DNA from: Octopus vulgaris
Lineage: Eukaryota
Assembly (NCBI GenBank): GCA_951406725.2
Contig: OX597825.1
Coordinates: 24,180,001 to 24,244,000, forward strand
Length of the DNA: 64,000 nucleotides
Reading direction: 5' to 3'
Below, in pieces: positions 12,318 to 24,971 of the stretch (positions are counted from its first letter, which is position 1; each line of letters opens with the position of its first letter). The position numbers and the translations under genes are program-made. The notes beneath the pieces were generated by a model that saw only the letters and a list, made by a program, of their open reading frames with translations, was not told the origin of the DNA and did not search any database.

Positions 12318-13050
12318 GGTTCGAGAAACAAAGGGCCGACCTGCTCGAGATACGGTCAGAGCGACGAAACCGTTCTGCGAGCACTCGTACATTGTCCAAC
12401 CATTTCCGACCTGTGGGCCTGTGTCGAACGATTGCTATAGCGTGTGGGACGAGTCAGTTTATCAACCGAGTCTATCGTGAATATTGTCACGCCTCCTTCC
12501 CTGAAACGGGAAGGAAGAGCCTTTTTCATTGTACTTGTGGCTATGGCGAAAGAATGTGTATGATGGACGCGTCTGAAAGGTCTAGAGACAAATACTTTCC
12601 TCTCTGGTGAATCTCTCATCAACTTCTTCAAGTATCACTTGAAGAGGAAGGTGAGAGTAGAGAGGCAAGTTTTGTCTAATGAATGTTTCAAAAACAAAGA
12701 TGGGTGAATGTAGCAAGGATGGCACGTGTGAATGACGGAGCCATCTCGAGCATAATCCTATGAACCAGAAAAAGAAAGGAAAAAAGAGAGTCACTTACTG
12801 TTTTGTGTTTTTTGCATGACATTATTGCCCGAGGTTACCGTGGTTTTTTCTGTAGGCTTTTCTTTCCACGGATAATACTAATCTGTTCCCCCTTTTACTT
12901 TATGACATTTCTGTGATACACGTTCCCTATTGATCGGCTTCTTCCTTTTTTTTTCCACGATCCCTTTTGATCGAAATTCTACCCCACCCTTCTTTTCTTT
13001 CCTCTGTATTTTGTCCTCTGTGTTCAGCCCTGTGTGGCCAATAAAGAAAC
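12318..13050 (+). mobile_element. Tx1/L1-like LINE 3' end (ORF2 C-terminus plus 3' UTR)
   Basis: Translation TCSRYGQSDETVLRALVHCPTISDLW (decayed zinc knuckle)...AMAKECV*WTRLKGLETNTFLSGESLINFFKYHLKRK; ends agccctgtgtggccaataaagaaa. Confidence 0.7.
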
Positions 13051-13078
13051 ATATCTATTTATCTATCTATTTATTTAT

Positions 13079-13142
<64 letters not shown>

Positions 13143-13170
13143 ATCCATCCCTCCCTCCATCCATCCATCC

Positions 13171-13254
<84 letters not shown>

Positions 13255-13336
13255 CTTTATGTGTGTTCATGTCTCTGTGTGTGTGTTTATTAATAATCAA
13301 ATTAAAGGTTGTCTCTGGGGTCGAATGTTTCATGTG

Positions 13337-13391
<55 letters not shown>

Positions 13392-13554
13392 TTATGTATG
13401 TATACTCATGTTTCCTTTTCTATTTGCCTCTTTGCGTCACCAAACTTGTGTGTGTGTGTGTCTGTGTGTGTATTCATTTATGTATTCATATATACCTACA
13501 TATGCATATACTTATATACATTTATACATATACACAGACACTCGCGTTCGCACG

Positions 13555-13595
<41 letters not shown>

Positions 13596-14394
13596 ACATA
13601 TATACATATATACATATATACATACACATCCTTGTGAGTGTGTGTGTGTAAAAGAAACTGAAATGTTTGTTGCTGTTACTGTTGTTGTTGTTGTTGTTAT
13701 TGTCGAGCCCCACATCTTACCTTGATTTATCGACTGATTAAACACACGTGACCATCCCGTCTTTTTCGGATCATATTCCGCTCCAATATCTGTCCTGTTT
13801 TTTTTTTAATATTTATATGTATTTCTATCAATATAATGTGACTTGCTTTTTATTTCGAATTGGGTGCTATTTTTAGCAGGTCGAATTGCCTGTGTAGAGG
13901 CTGTTTCGGGTGACACTTAACACTCCTTCACCCTCCACACCCTTTCTCTCCACCCCTCTCTTTTTCTCTCTCTCCTTCTCTCCCTCTTTCCCTCTCTCAC
14001 TCTCTCTAATTTCACCACTCCTACCGCTACTGCCACCTCTATCATTACGACCGGCTGCTTGCGTCAAGCGTCACGTCACGTCACGCTGAAAGTATCAATC
14101 AATATATCGATCAGAGGTATTTATGCGTGTGTATGTGTGTGTGCATATGTGTGTGTGTGTGTATGTACGTGTGTATTTGCCAACAGACTAGCCAGTCAGC
14201 CAGCCAGTCAGCCAGCCATCCAAGCAATTAAACCACCTGCCGTCTCGCCAACCAGGTAGACAAGCAATTGTCTATAATAATGTATTTGCTCTCAGGGTAG
14301 AATACCAAATTTGTATTGGCAGCTTGCTAGCTTACTTGCTCGGCTAGTTGCTTGTTTACTTGGTTGCCCGTAATTGTTGGAAGGCTAGCTGGCC

Positions 14395-14965
14395 GTATGT
14401 ATGTATGTATGTATGTATGTATGTATGTATGTATGTATGTATGTATGTATATGTATGTATGTATGTATGGATGGATGGATGGATGGATGGATGAATGGCC
14501 GTATGTATGTATGTATGTATGTATGTATGTATGTATGTATGTATGTATGTACGTACGTACGTACGTATGTATGTATGTATGTATGTATGTATGTATGTAT
14601 GTACGTACGTACGTACGTATGTATGCATGCATGTATGTATGTATGTATGTATGTATGCATGTATGTATGTATGATGTATGTATGTATGTATGTATATATG
14701 TATGAATGTACGTATGTATGTATGTATGTATGTATGAATGTATGTATGAATGTATGTATGTTTGTATGGATGTATGGATGGATGGATGGATGGATGGATA
14801 GATGGATGGATGGATGGATGGATGGATGTATGGATGGATGGATGGCTGGATGGATGGATAGATGGATAGATGGATAGATGGCTGGCTGTATGTATGTATG
14901 TATGTATGTATGTATGTATGTATGTATGTATTGTATGTATGTATGTATGTATGTATGTGTGTGTG

Positions 14966-14999
<34 letters not shown>

Positions 15000-15135
15000 T
15001 GTATGTATGTATGTATGTATGTATGTATATATGTATGCATGTATGTATGTATGTATGGATGGATGGATGGATGGATGGATGGATAGATGGCTGGGTGGCT
15101 GGCTGGATAGATGGATAGATGGATGGATGGATGGA
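14395..15135. repeat. Compound (ATGT)n/(GGAT)n microsatellite
   Basis: Direct reading. Confidence 0.95.
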
Positions 15136-15590
15136 TTGGTGTGTTCCCTAACCTTCAGTTTTGCTTTCACCTCTGTCAACATGTTGGCTGTTGCATACAT
15201 AGCTTTACTAACACTCATCCCTCTCTCTATCTCTCCTTCCCTCCCTCTCCTTTTATCTCTCTCTCTCTCTCTCCTTTCCACTCTTTCTCCTTATTGTTTA
15301 GCCCTAGGTCATCCATACCTGACTGAGAGCAAAGCCAATGATCAGAAAAGGCATCACAGCCACAACCACCTGTTCATTCTATCTCTCAGGCATAGCCTAT
15401 CTTGGACTACATTATCAAATGTACCCTTCCCCTTTGAAAGACAGCAGAATGTAATCTAAGCTGCTATTTTCTAGTAGGTCAAGACACAATATAAAAGATC
15501 TCGCATTGTTTTCTCCCTTTTTATACATTATTTACATTATTTACATTATTTACATTCGACGGATATTTGTCCTCATCTTGTTTGTTGTTA

Positions 15591-15634
15591 ACACAACGTT
15601 TCGTCTGATATACCCTCCAGCCTTCTTCAGGTGT
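15591..15634 (-). ncRNA. Minimal type I hammerhead ribozyme motif (Penelope-type)
   Basis: rc reads ACAC CTGAAGA A GGCTG gagggtatat CAGAC GAAA CGTT GTGT: stem I ACAC/GTGT, conserved core, stem II with one mismatch, palindromic AACGTT helix III. Confidence 0.65.
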
Positions 15635-15699
15635 CTTGGGGGAAATTTCGAACCTGGGTTCTCATTCCTAAGGTATTTTTCGATATTATTATTATTATT

Positions 15700-15992
15700 C
15701 AGTAGTTTTATTTTTTATGGTGTGCTTTCACTTCACTACCGAGCGCAGCTCTGTGTGCTTTAGGTATGTGCTGTGATTTGTTGTGATGCTCTGATGGTTA
15801 TTGTATGGAAAGTGTTCTGCGTAGAATGTGTGCAGTGCCTAGTAGTGCAATCTTCTGTATGTTATACGTGTTTATAAGTCCTGGTGTTTTTGTTATGTAT
15901 TTGTCTGAATATTTTTTTATCATGCCTAATGCACCTACTATGATAGGAATTGTTTCTGTTTTCAGGTTCCACATTCTAGTTACCTCTATTTC

Positions 15993-15993
<1 letters not shown>
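15700..15993 (-). mobile_element. R4/Dong LINE 3' end within (TAA)n
   Basis: ORF end IEVTRMWNLKTETIPIIVGALGMIKK...IQKIALLGTAHILRRTLSIQ* plus 3' UTR running into (AAT)n. Confidence 0.85.
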
Positions 15994-16046
<53 letters not shown>

Positions 16047-16059
16047 CATATTATTATTA

Positions 16060-16108
<49 letters not shown>

Positions 16109-16111
<3 letters not shown>

Positions 16112-16400
16112 TAGTTTTATTTTTTATGGTGTGCTTTCACTTCACTACCGAGCGCAGCTCTGTGTGCCTTGGGTATGTGCTGTGATTTGTTGTGATGCTC
16201 TGATGGTTATTGTATGGAAAGTGTTCTGCATAGGATGTTTCTTATGTATTTGTCTGAATATTTTTTTATCATGCCTAATGCACCTACTATGATAGGAATT
16301 GTTTCTGTTTTTAGATTCCACATTCTAGTTACCTCTATTTCCAGGTCTTTGTATTTTGAAAGTTTCTCCATTTCTTTTAGAGACACGTTGTCATCTGCTG

Positions 16401-16401
<1 letters not shown>
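16109..16401 (-). mobile_element. Second R4/Dong LINE 3' end with internal deletion
   Basis: Near-identical to 15700-15993, lacks part of the ORF end, and extends further 5' (..KEMEKLSKYKDLEIEVTRMW). Confidence 0.85.
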
Positions 16402-16462
<61 letters not shown>

Positions 16463-16546
16463 CATTATTCAGGTCACTGCCTGGAATCGAACTCGGAATC
16501 TTGGGGTTAGTAGCCCGCGCTCTTAACCACTACACCATATGCCTGT

Positions 16547-16860
16547 GATCATAATGGTGAAGTGGTTAAGAGCGCAGGCTACTAACCCCAAGATTCCGAG
16601 CTCGATTCCAAGCAGTGACCTGAAGAATAACAACAACAATAACAACAACAACAACAACAACAATAATAATAATAATAATATCGAAAAATACCTTAAGAGT
16701 GAGAACCCAGGTTCAAAATTTCCCCAAGACAACTGAAGAAGGCTGGAGGGTATATCAGACAAAACCTTGTGTTAACAACAAACAAGATGAGGACAAATAT
16801 CATCGAATGTAAATAATGTAAACAATGTACATAATTCCTCATCTCTTAAATATAGAACTG
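16547..16860 (+). mobile_element. tRNA-headed SINE-like element with degenerate hammerhead tail
   Basis: tggtgaagtggttaagagcg...gagctcgattcc head, (AAC/AAT)n, then ..caactgaagaaggctggagggtatatcagacaaaacc.. (GAAA mutated to AAAA). Confidence 0.75.
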
Positions 16861-17339
16861 TATTCTCCCTTTTTAATTTTGTACTTTTTTCTTGGTTCTG
16901 ATTCTTATTTCATAACCTCCCATTCCTAAATATTGTTTATTGTTAGTATTTTCCCATTAGAATTGCTGGTAGAATTGTTTTATTTTTGTTGTTGTCGTTA
17001 ATAATTTTGATTCTTTATTGGTAAATCACCAATCGTTATGGTTCTTTGTCGTCCTTTGCATGGTCCAGCATCTTGAGGTTAGTCTTCATCAGCCTTCTTC
17101 TTCCACAAGTTCCATCCACTTCAAGAGCTCAGCTTTTCTTTAGACTAGTGACATTTTCCATAGCCCTTACGTTCCCACATCAGAGCAGTTTTCTCTCTTG
17201 CTCCTTACATGGTATGCAGTAGTGTTTGATCGTTGCTGTACTGGGTCTGCCGCTACATACAATGCTACCAATTTTCAAGGCTATAAATTAGTTTTGGGAT
17301 TAAATTAATGGGTAAGATTAATATTTATAATGAATTTCC

Positions 17340-17409
17340 TACTGTGCATGGCACCTTGGACCAAAACATTGTGAGAGGATTTGGTAGACGGAAACTGGAA
17401 GAAGCCCGT

Positions 17410-17456
<47 letters not shown>

Positions 17457-17682
17457 GTATGTGTGTGTATATGTTTGTGTATCTATGTTAGTCCCCACCA
17501 ACATCACTTCACAACCAATGCTGGTGTGTTTATGTCCCTGTAATTTAGCGGTTCAACAAAAGAGACTGATAGAATAAGTACTAGGCTTACAAAAATAAGT
17601 CCTGCAGTCAATTTGTTCGACTAAAGGTGGTGCTCCAACATGGCCACGGCTAAATAACTGAAACAAGTAAAAGAGTAAAAAA
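17340..17682 (+). mobile_element. SINE family A, 5'-truncated
   Basis: ggatttggtagacggaaact, (TA)n, ggtgctccaacatggccac, aagtaaaagag tail. Confidence 0.85.
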
Positions 17683-18495
17683 GTTATCCTTTTTTATGGG
17701 TGGGCAGTGCACACTGAGCACGAGCACACCCAGAATGTACACCCCGGATATTATGCCTCTTACACCCAATTTTTCTCTCATTTATACACACATTTCACAT
17801 CCAGTGGACCATGCTCATTTCAGTCCTCTACATCTATTCCAAATTTAACTCATTTAAGGTCCACATCTTACTACCATGCAACATTACATTTTTTTACCCT
17901 AACATCATACAATTTGCCCTTCATTCTAAGAATGAAACTCTGTGTTGCAGCTTTACTGATCTCTTCCCACTCAGTTCTAATTCTGTCAACAATGCTTTCA
18001 GCACATCCTTCTTTGTTGATAATTAGATTTACCAATGCGGAAAAGCAATTAGTTTCACATAAGGAGCCTTCTCAGAACCTCTTTAGTTACTGATAATTTC
18101 ACCTGCGCACCAGACACATAGGAATTCTAAAATCTTTGACGGTCTAGCTCCAGGTTTGGCTTCTATTTCTGCAATCATTCAACCATTTTTGGCCTATGGA
18201 TCCCTTTGATTCCTGTTCTATTCTGCTGGATGGACCCTCATAACCATTTGATTTTTTTCAAAATATCCTATTGCATTTTCGTAAGTTAAAATTATTACCA
18301 ATTGTATAAAAACTGTTAAAGCATTTTCTGTATTTTAGAAGTATAACCAATTTATTGAACATGAATTTTAACAAAATCTTATATGGGCCCCACAAGGACC
18401 ATATAGACCCTGTTTGAGAACAACTCACTGGTCCATAGTTTCTGCTATAAGAACAGCATACAGAAATTTCCTTATGCAGCTGGTCTTGAACTCCT

Positions 18496-18538
<43 letters not shown>

Positions 18539-18559
18539 CCACCACCACCACCACCATCA

Positions 18560-19290
18560 ATATCATTTAGCGTCTGTTGTCCATGCTGTCATGGATCAGA
18601 TGGTTTGACCAAGGCCGGCAAGCTAGAAGGCTGCATCAAACACTAGTCTGATTTGACATGGTTTCTATGGTTGGATACCCTTCTTAATGCCAACCATTCC
18701 AAGAGTGTAATAGGTGCTTTTACACCCCACTGGCATGGGTGTTATTTGTGTGACACCAGTATCTGCAATGACTGTGATTTTGCTCGGCTTGATGGGTCTT
18801 CTTCTCGAGCATGACATAATGTCAGGGGTCTTGGTCATTGCCTCTGTAAGGCCCAACACTCAAAATGAGCTTTTCACGTGTCACTGGCATCAGCCATTTT
18901 GCCTCCATGAGGCCCAATGCTCGAAAAGTGCCCTTTATCTTTCACCAGAATAGGTGCCAGTTATGTGACACAAGCATCAGCCGCAACTACGATTTCACTT
19001 GGCTACATGGGTCTCCTCAAACACAGTAAGTCATCAAAGGTCTTGGTCATTACCTCTGTGAAGCCCAAAGTTTGAAGATCATGCATCACATGACCATACC
19101 AGCACAGTCGACTCTCTTGCACACCACATCTCATACCTCTTACACCCAACTTTTCTCTCAAGATGCTTACACTCTGTCGAACATGCACACTGACATTGTA
19201 CATCCAGTGAAGTATAGTATCAGACTTCTGTGTCTGTTTTGACATGGCTTTTATGACTGGATGCCCTTCCTAACACTGACCCACCCTGCA
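18560..19290 (-). mobile_element. RTE-clade LINE 3' remnants and RTE-tailed short element (family C)
   Basis: LHWMYNVSVHVRQSVSILREKLGVRGMRCGVQESRLCWYGHVMH (RTE ORF2 C-terminus); LGLTEAMT motifs; ends in a (GAT)n tail on the minus strand. Confidence 0.75.
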
Positions 19291-19555
19291 GAGAGAGAGA
19301 GAGAGAAAGAGACAAACAGATAGACAGACAGACAGACAGACAGATGGAGAGTAAAGCAACTTGAAAATAAAATCAAAAACAGGAAAAACAATAAAATTCA
19401 AAAGGAAATACATAGTGATTGTATTAGATTGAACTTCAAGGAAAGTATAACATGAAAAAAAATGAGGAAGTGTGACGGTTTGAGAATGAATCTTCGTCAA
19501 AAAGACGAAATAGAAAAAAGTCCAGGGAGAAGGAAAAGAATAGTTTGATAAAGGC

Positions 19556-19591
<36 letters not shown>

Positions 19592-19852
19592 AATTTATTA
19601 TTTTTTTGCAATTTACTTAATCATCGGTATTTTATAGTTATTTTATATTTAATATTTCTATTATATGTAATTTTCTAGATGGTGTAATTTAATCATTCAT
19701 TTTGAATTGATAAAAGGTGTTTTTTTCTAATTTTTATATATATATATCATATTGTGTGAAATTTGATTTAGTATTTCTAAATTGAATTTTTTCCTTGTAA
19801 GTTAGGATTAATATTCCCTCAAATAATAATTATTATATATATATATATATCA

Positions 19853-20220
19853 TGGCAAAGTGGCTAAGTTCCTTTTGTACGTTGGGCCTCATAGAGGCAA
19901 AGTGGCTGAGTTTCTTCGAGCGATGGGCCTCATGGAGGCAAAGTGGCTGAGTTCCTTTTGAGCGATGGGCCTCATAGAGGCAAAGTGGCTGAGTTTTTTT
20001 TAGCGTTGGGCCTCACGGAGGCAAAGTGGCTGAGTTCCTTTTGAGTGTTGGGCCTCACAGAGGCAATGACCGAGACATTTGGCATTATGTTGTGCTTGAG
20101 AAGAAGACCCATCAAGCCAAGCAAAGTCACAGTCATGGCAGATACCAGTGTCAAGCAAACTGGCACATAAAAGCACCCTGGTATCATGCAAATGGCATGT
20201 AAAAGCACCCATTATACTCA
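19853..20220 (+). mobile_element. RTE-derived element with five tandem 41-42 bp units
   Basis: ggcaaagtggctgagttccttttgagcgttgggcctcac-ga x5, then gaggcaatgacc...gtgcttgagaagaagaccc, homologous to the rc of 18790-18920. Confidence 0.75.
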
Positions 20221-20440
20221 GCTAGCTGACAGAATCATTAGCACACCAGGCAAAATGCTTAACAGTATTTCATCTGTCTCTACGTTCTGAGTTCAAATTC
20301 TGCCAAGATCAGCTTTGCCTTTCATTCTTTTGAGGGTCAATAGAATATATACCAGCTGAATACTGGGGTCGATGTAATCAACTAGTCCCCCCATCTTCAA
20401 GAATTACAGGCCTTGTGCTTATTGTAAAAACGATTATTAT
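20221..20440 (+). mobile_element. SINE family B
   Basis: gctgacagaatcattagcac...gagttcaaattctgcc...ggccttgtgc. Confidence 0.8.
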
Positions 20441-21299
20441 TCATCCACTTTATTCACTGTATTTTCTTTTCTGTCTTCCTTCTCCTAATATTTCTCCTTC
20501 TCTTCTTTTCTCTTCTCTCCATCCTTTGACTTCATCTTCTCCTAACTTCTTTCTTCTGTCTTCCTTATCTATTTTTTCTCTACTACTACTTCTGCCATCT
20601 TATTTCTGTCTTTAAATTCTTCTTTTCTCTACCGTTTTCTTCTGTTTTCCCCTTCTCTCACTCACTCACTCTCTCTCTCTCTGTCTCTCTCTGTCTCTCT
20701 CTCTCTTTCTCATTTCTGTCTATTCCTGTCTGTTACTAACTATGTGTCCTCCAAGGGCAGTGGATTGAAAAAATCATTAGTGCAAGGTACAAAATACCAC
20801 ACACCTATTCATTCTGACACTTTGTGTTCTGAGTTCAAATCCCACTAAGGTTAACTTTGTCTTCATCCCCGCCTCCCTGCAGAACTGATATAATTAAGTC
20901 CCTTTGAAATACTGGGTGTGATGGTAACAACTAGCTCCTGCCCCTAAATAAGAAATTACTATTATTATTATATTTGTAATCATCAGTTACAGTCCCCTCA
21001 CACACTTATGAAAGCATCTACTCTCTCCTCTTCTCCTCCCATGGCCCTCTGTTTGAAACCTCTCTTATGCTCACCTTCTTGTGCCTTGAGATTTTGCTCT
21101 GGTACTCTGTCAGTAACTTCTTTTATCTTCTCAACTATTCCCATCCACCCTTATATAATGTTGGGTAGACCTGTATCTGCTCTATAACAAGACACCTGTG
21201 CTTGTCCCTCTATCATAATTTAGACCTTTAACACCTGACATAAGCCACACCTGCCCCCCTCAAATACTCTCCCCACCCCACACTACAAAGGAACAATAT

Positions 21300-21512
21300 T
21301 GGTTTCAAATTTTGGCACAAGGCCAGCAAGTTTGGGAACGGGAGCAAGTCATTTTACATCCCCCAGTGCACAACTGGTACTCATTTTATCGACCCTGAAG
21401 TGATAAAATGCAAAGTCAACTTCAGCAGAATTTGAATTCAGAACATAAAGACACACGAAATGCTGCTAAGCACCTTACCTGACATGCTAACAGTTCTGCC
21501 AGCTCACCACCT
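21300..21512 (-). mobile_element. SINE family B
   Basis: ggcacaaggcc...caaagtcaacttcagcagaatttgaa...ttctgccagctcacc. Confidence 0.8.
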
Positions 21513-21575
21513 TACACAGACAAAATATCAAAAATACAAAAACAGCAATGTACAATTTCTTTATTCATTTTGCAT

Positions 21576-21758
21576 TTAGACCTTAAGCATTTATGATCAA
21601 ACTGGCCAGATCCAGCCTCTTGCATCTGGTTGACAATGTCATTCTAAAAAAACACAGTCGCATCATTGAAGTCTCAAAGCTATGAGATAATGTCTTGAAA
21701 AGAAGCTGAATAAACAAGCATTACATTTGACAAATTAACCTAAATGCTAAAGGGTTAA
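21576..21758. mobile_element. piggyBac-like MITE (degenerate)
   Basis: Right end taaatgctaaaggg-TTAA; left end ttagaccttaagcattta is an imperfect inverted copy. Confidence 0.45.
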
Positions 21759-22842
21759 ATTTCTTAAAAACCACTTGTTGGTTCACCTCACGGTCCCAGC
21801 AGACAGCATGGAGAAGGCATTGCCCAGGAGGATAGTGATAGAGATGCTCTTGAACAGCCACTCTAACTTATGGGCTTGCATTTGTGGAGAGCCATCTCCA
21901 CCCTGATAGCAGTGAGCAAAGATGTGGTCCAGGGGCCAAAAACACTAGAGGTCCCCACTGTCGCGGGCTCAACTACAAATCTATCAAAGAGTAGCTGATA
22001 CTTAGACAATTTGCCCTCATCAGCCTGATGAACAGTGAAGCATGGGATGGTAGCCAAACACACTGGGTTGCCACAGGAAAAGGTGTCGAGGTGTTGCAGC
22101 ATGGAACATTCCAGATGAGAGGCCTACTACCATGGAATGGGAACCCTTAAGTCCAGCCCCACTGAATTCAGCTAGAAAAGAAAGCCTGCAGTATCTAGGC
22201 CAGGCTATATGATCTTGTTGATCATAAAGCATGACCTTGGTTCTGTTGAATGGAAAAGGAACAAAAAACTCCCTCAACACTTATATTTTTCTTTTCCTTT
22301 TCCATTTTCCTTGTTCCACTTTACAGTACACATTAAATGGCTGGCATCAGGAAGGGCATCCAGCCAGAGGAACTATTCCAAAGCTGACAATGGAACTTAG
22401 TCCAGCACCCACATTCCATGACTCCCCCCTGTGACTCACCTGATGCTGTCAAACTATGATGATGATTTTGTGGTTACTGTTGTTGTTGTTGTACTTATTA
22501 TTGTTTTGGGGACAATGAGCTCAAATCCTGATAAGATGAACTTAGCATTTTATCCTTATGGGTGGTCCATGGAAAAGTACCAGTTAGTCTAACTGGTTGA
22601 TTCCTCCCTACCATCTGTCCTCCCCCTCCTCATTCTACTCCTCCTCCTCATCATCATCATAGTCATTGTTCTCCTCCTCCTCGTCTTCCTCCTCCCCTTC
22701 CTCTTCTGCATCCCCCTCTTCCCCTCCTCCCACTTCTTCCCTTCTCCTCCTCCCTCCTTCCCTACTATACCCTTCCCCTCCTCCTCCCTTCCCTCCCCAC
22801 TTCATCTTCTCCTATTCCCCTCCCCCTCCTCCTCCACCTCTG

Positions 22843-22907
<65 letters not shown>

Positions 22908-23299
22908 CCATCATCATCATTCTTCTGTCCAACAGCATGTCAATGGATTAAAGTGACCCCCTCCCATCCTGCAAATACATTTTATTTGGAAGCTGTTTTC
23001 TGTGGTTGGATGCCCTTCTTAACATAGCCACTTCACTGGGTGCATTTTACAGTAACACCGGTAGTTTACCTGGTGGTTGATATGGTTGGTAAAAAGCCAG
23101 TCCCACATTCTGAAGAGAGTTAGCAGTGGATATTAGCCATGATGGACTGGGAAGTACCCTGGGCATCATTAAGGGCACTTGAAATAGTTTTTTGCTTGAG
23201 GACTCAGATTGAGTGTTTGTTATAAAGCCTTTGGGCAGACAGGACTATGGTGGGGAGTGGTGGCTTACCTGCTCTGCATAAATTCTACAGACTTGATTG

Positions 23300-23500
23300 T
23301 GTTCATCATTTCAACAACGTTTAACGTCCAGTTCCCATGCAGGCATGGGTTAGACAGCTTTACAGGAACTAGCAAGGCTAGGATCCACATCAGGTTCCAT
23401 AGTATGTTTTTGGTATGGTTTCAAAAGCTGGATGCCCTTCCTAACACCAACCACTTTACAGAGTTACCAGGTGCTTTTACATGGCACCATCACCAATGCT
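23300..23500 (-). mobile_element. RTE-tailed short element (family C)
   Basis: cgtttaacgtccagttcccatgcaggcatgggtt...gctggatgcccttcctaacaccaaccac. Confidence 0.7.
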
Positions 23501-23898
23501 TTTTTAATAATATTTTTGTTGTTTTTGTAAAATCTCAGAAAATAATTAAAAATTCACAATTTTTGTCAAATTATTTTGTTATATTTGTCTATCTATCCAA
23601 CTGTAAGCATTTTAAATATTTCACTAATTTTTTGTTATAACTTGGCAAAAGGGTACATTTTTTGCCAAAAATTGCTAAATTTGTTCCCAGTCTTCTTCAT
23701 CCACAACCAGAATTGTAAACTTTATACATGGCACCATCACCAGTTTTTATACATGCTACCAGCACCAGTCTTTTATACATGGCACCAGCCTTTTATACAT
23801 GGCATCAGCATCAGTGCTTTTTACACAAAACCACCACCTAGAACCATCAAAAACTGGACCAGTTTCAGATACCCACTCACACACAAGCACACGCAGAT

Positions 23899-23966
<68 letters not shown>

Positions 23967-24510
23967 CCTGGTTTGTTGCTTTGTAGGTTTAAGTCAGACA
24001 GCAGGTAGTACATGTAGAATGGATCCAGATATTAGCCATTTCTATCATTTACATAAGCCCACTTCCTTCCTTTGCTTAGTTCAAGAGAATAGTCTTCTGC
24101 TGCCTGATGGCTACAACAAACAAACCCCATATGAAAGATGCAAATACAATGTTTGAACACAGAATTTTCACTCTTCTCCAACTAAGACAAACAATGCCTG
24201 GCCTCATCAAATAAAACTTGATGAAGAAGGTGAGAGGCGAAAGACTTAGAAGTGCTGCTCTGAAGCAAATTATATAAGCAGTGGGTGGCTGTGAATTTGT
24301 AGGAAAGTGAAAGTAGAGTGCATGGCTTGAGTGAGCAGGCCTAATTCTATACGTGCACCTTTAGGTCAGAAAATGACATTTGAAAGAAGTCCTTGCTGTT
24401 GATGGTCAGGTTAATCCAGGCTCTGTACAGTCTTTGATTAACCCTTGGTAGCTGGCTGCTTTATTGAGGAATTTTCTTTATTGGTATTTTCTTTCTTATT
24501 TTTCCTTAAT

Positions 24511-24777
24511 TCTTTTATTATTTTATTTGTTTCAATAATTTTACTGTGACCAGGCTGGAGCACCACTTTGAAGGGTTTTAGTCAAACAAATCAACCCCAG
24601 AACTTGTTGTTTTTAAGCCTAATACTTATTCTATCAGTGTCTTTCAAACCATTAGGTTACAGGGACATAAACACACCAGCATTGTGTGTCAAGTAGTGAA
24701 GGGGGAACAAACACAGACACACCAACACACACACACACATAGATATATACATATATATATCTATCTATGTATATATG

Positions 24778-24808
<31 letters not shown>

Positions 24809-24971
24809 AGGACAGGCTTCTTCCAGTTTCCATCTGCCAAATCCATTCTCAAGGGTTTGATTGGCCCAAGGCTATAGTAGAAGACACTTGCGCAAGGTAC
24901 CATGCAGTGGGACTGAACCCAAAACCATATGGTTGAGAATCAAGGTTTGTACTACACAGCCATGCCTGCAC
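24511..24971 (-). mobile_element. SINE family A, near full length
   Basis: ggagcaccac...tagtagaagacacttg...gtgggactgaaccc...cacagccatgcctgc. Confidence 0.85.

Larger units (their letters stand above)
15520..16543 (-). mobile_element. tRNA-headed SINE-like element with hammerhead-containing tail, interrupted by Dong fragments
   Basis: Head at 16468-16543 (rc: tggtgtagtggttaagagcg...gagttcgattcc, A/B boxes), (AAT)n middle, tail 15520-15690; colinear with the + copy at 16547-16860. Confidence 0.75.

Noticed and set aside
14327-15459. Long ORFs (up to 298 aa) of HTYI/MYVC repeats, and similar ORFs throughout the window
   Set aside because: Translations of (ATGT)n, (TA)n, (CA)n and (TCTA)n microsatellites.
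16468-16622. Possible tRNA genes
   Set aside because: A/B boxes are present, but the acceptor stem is imperfect and each is fused to a repeat body; treated as SINE heads.
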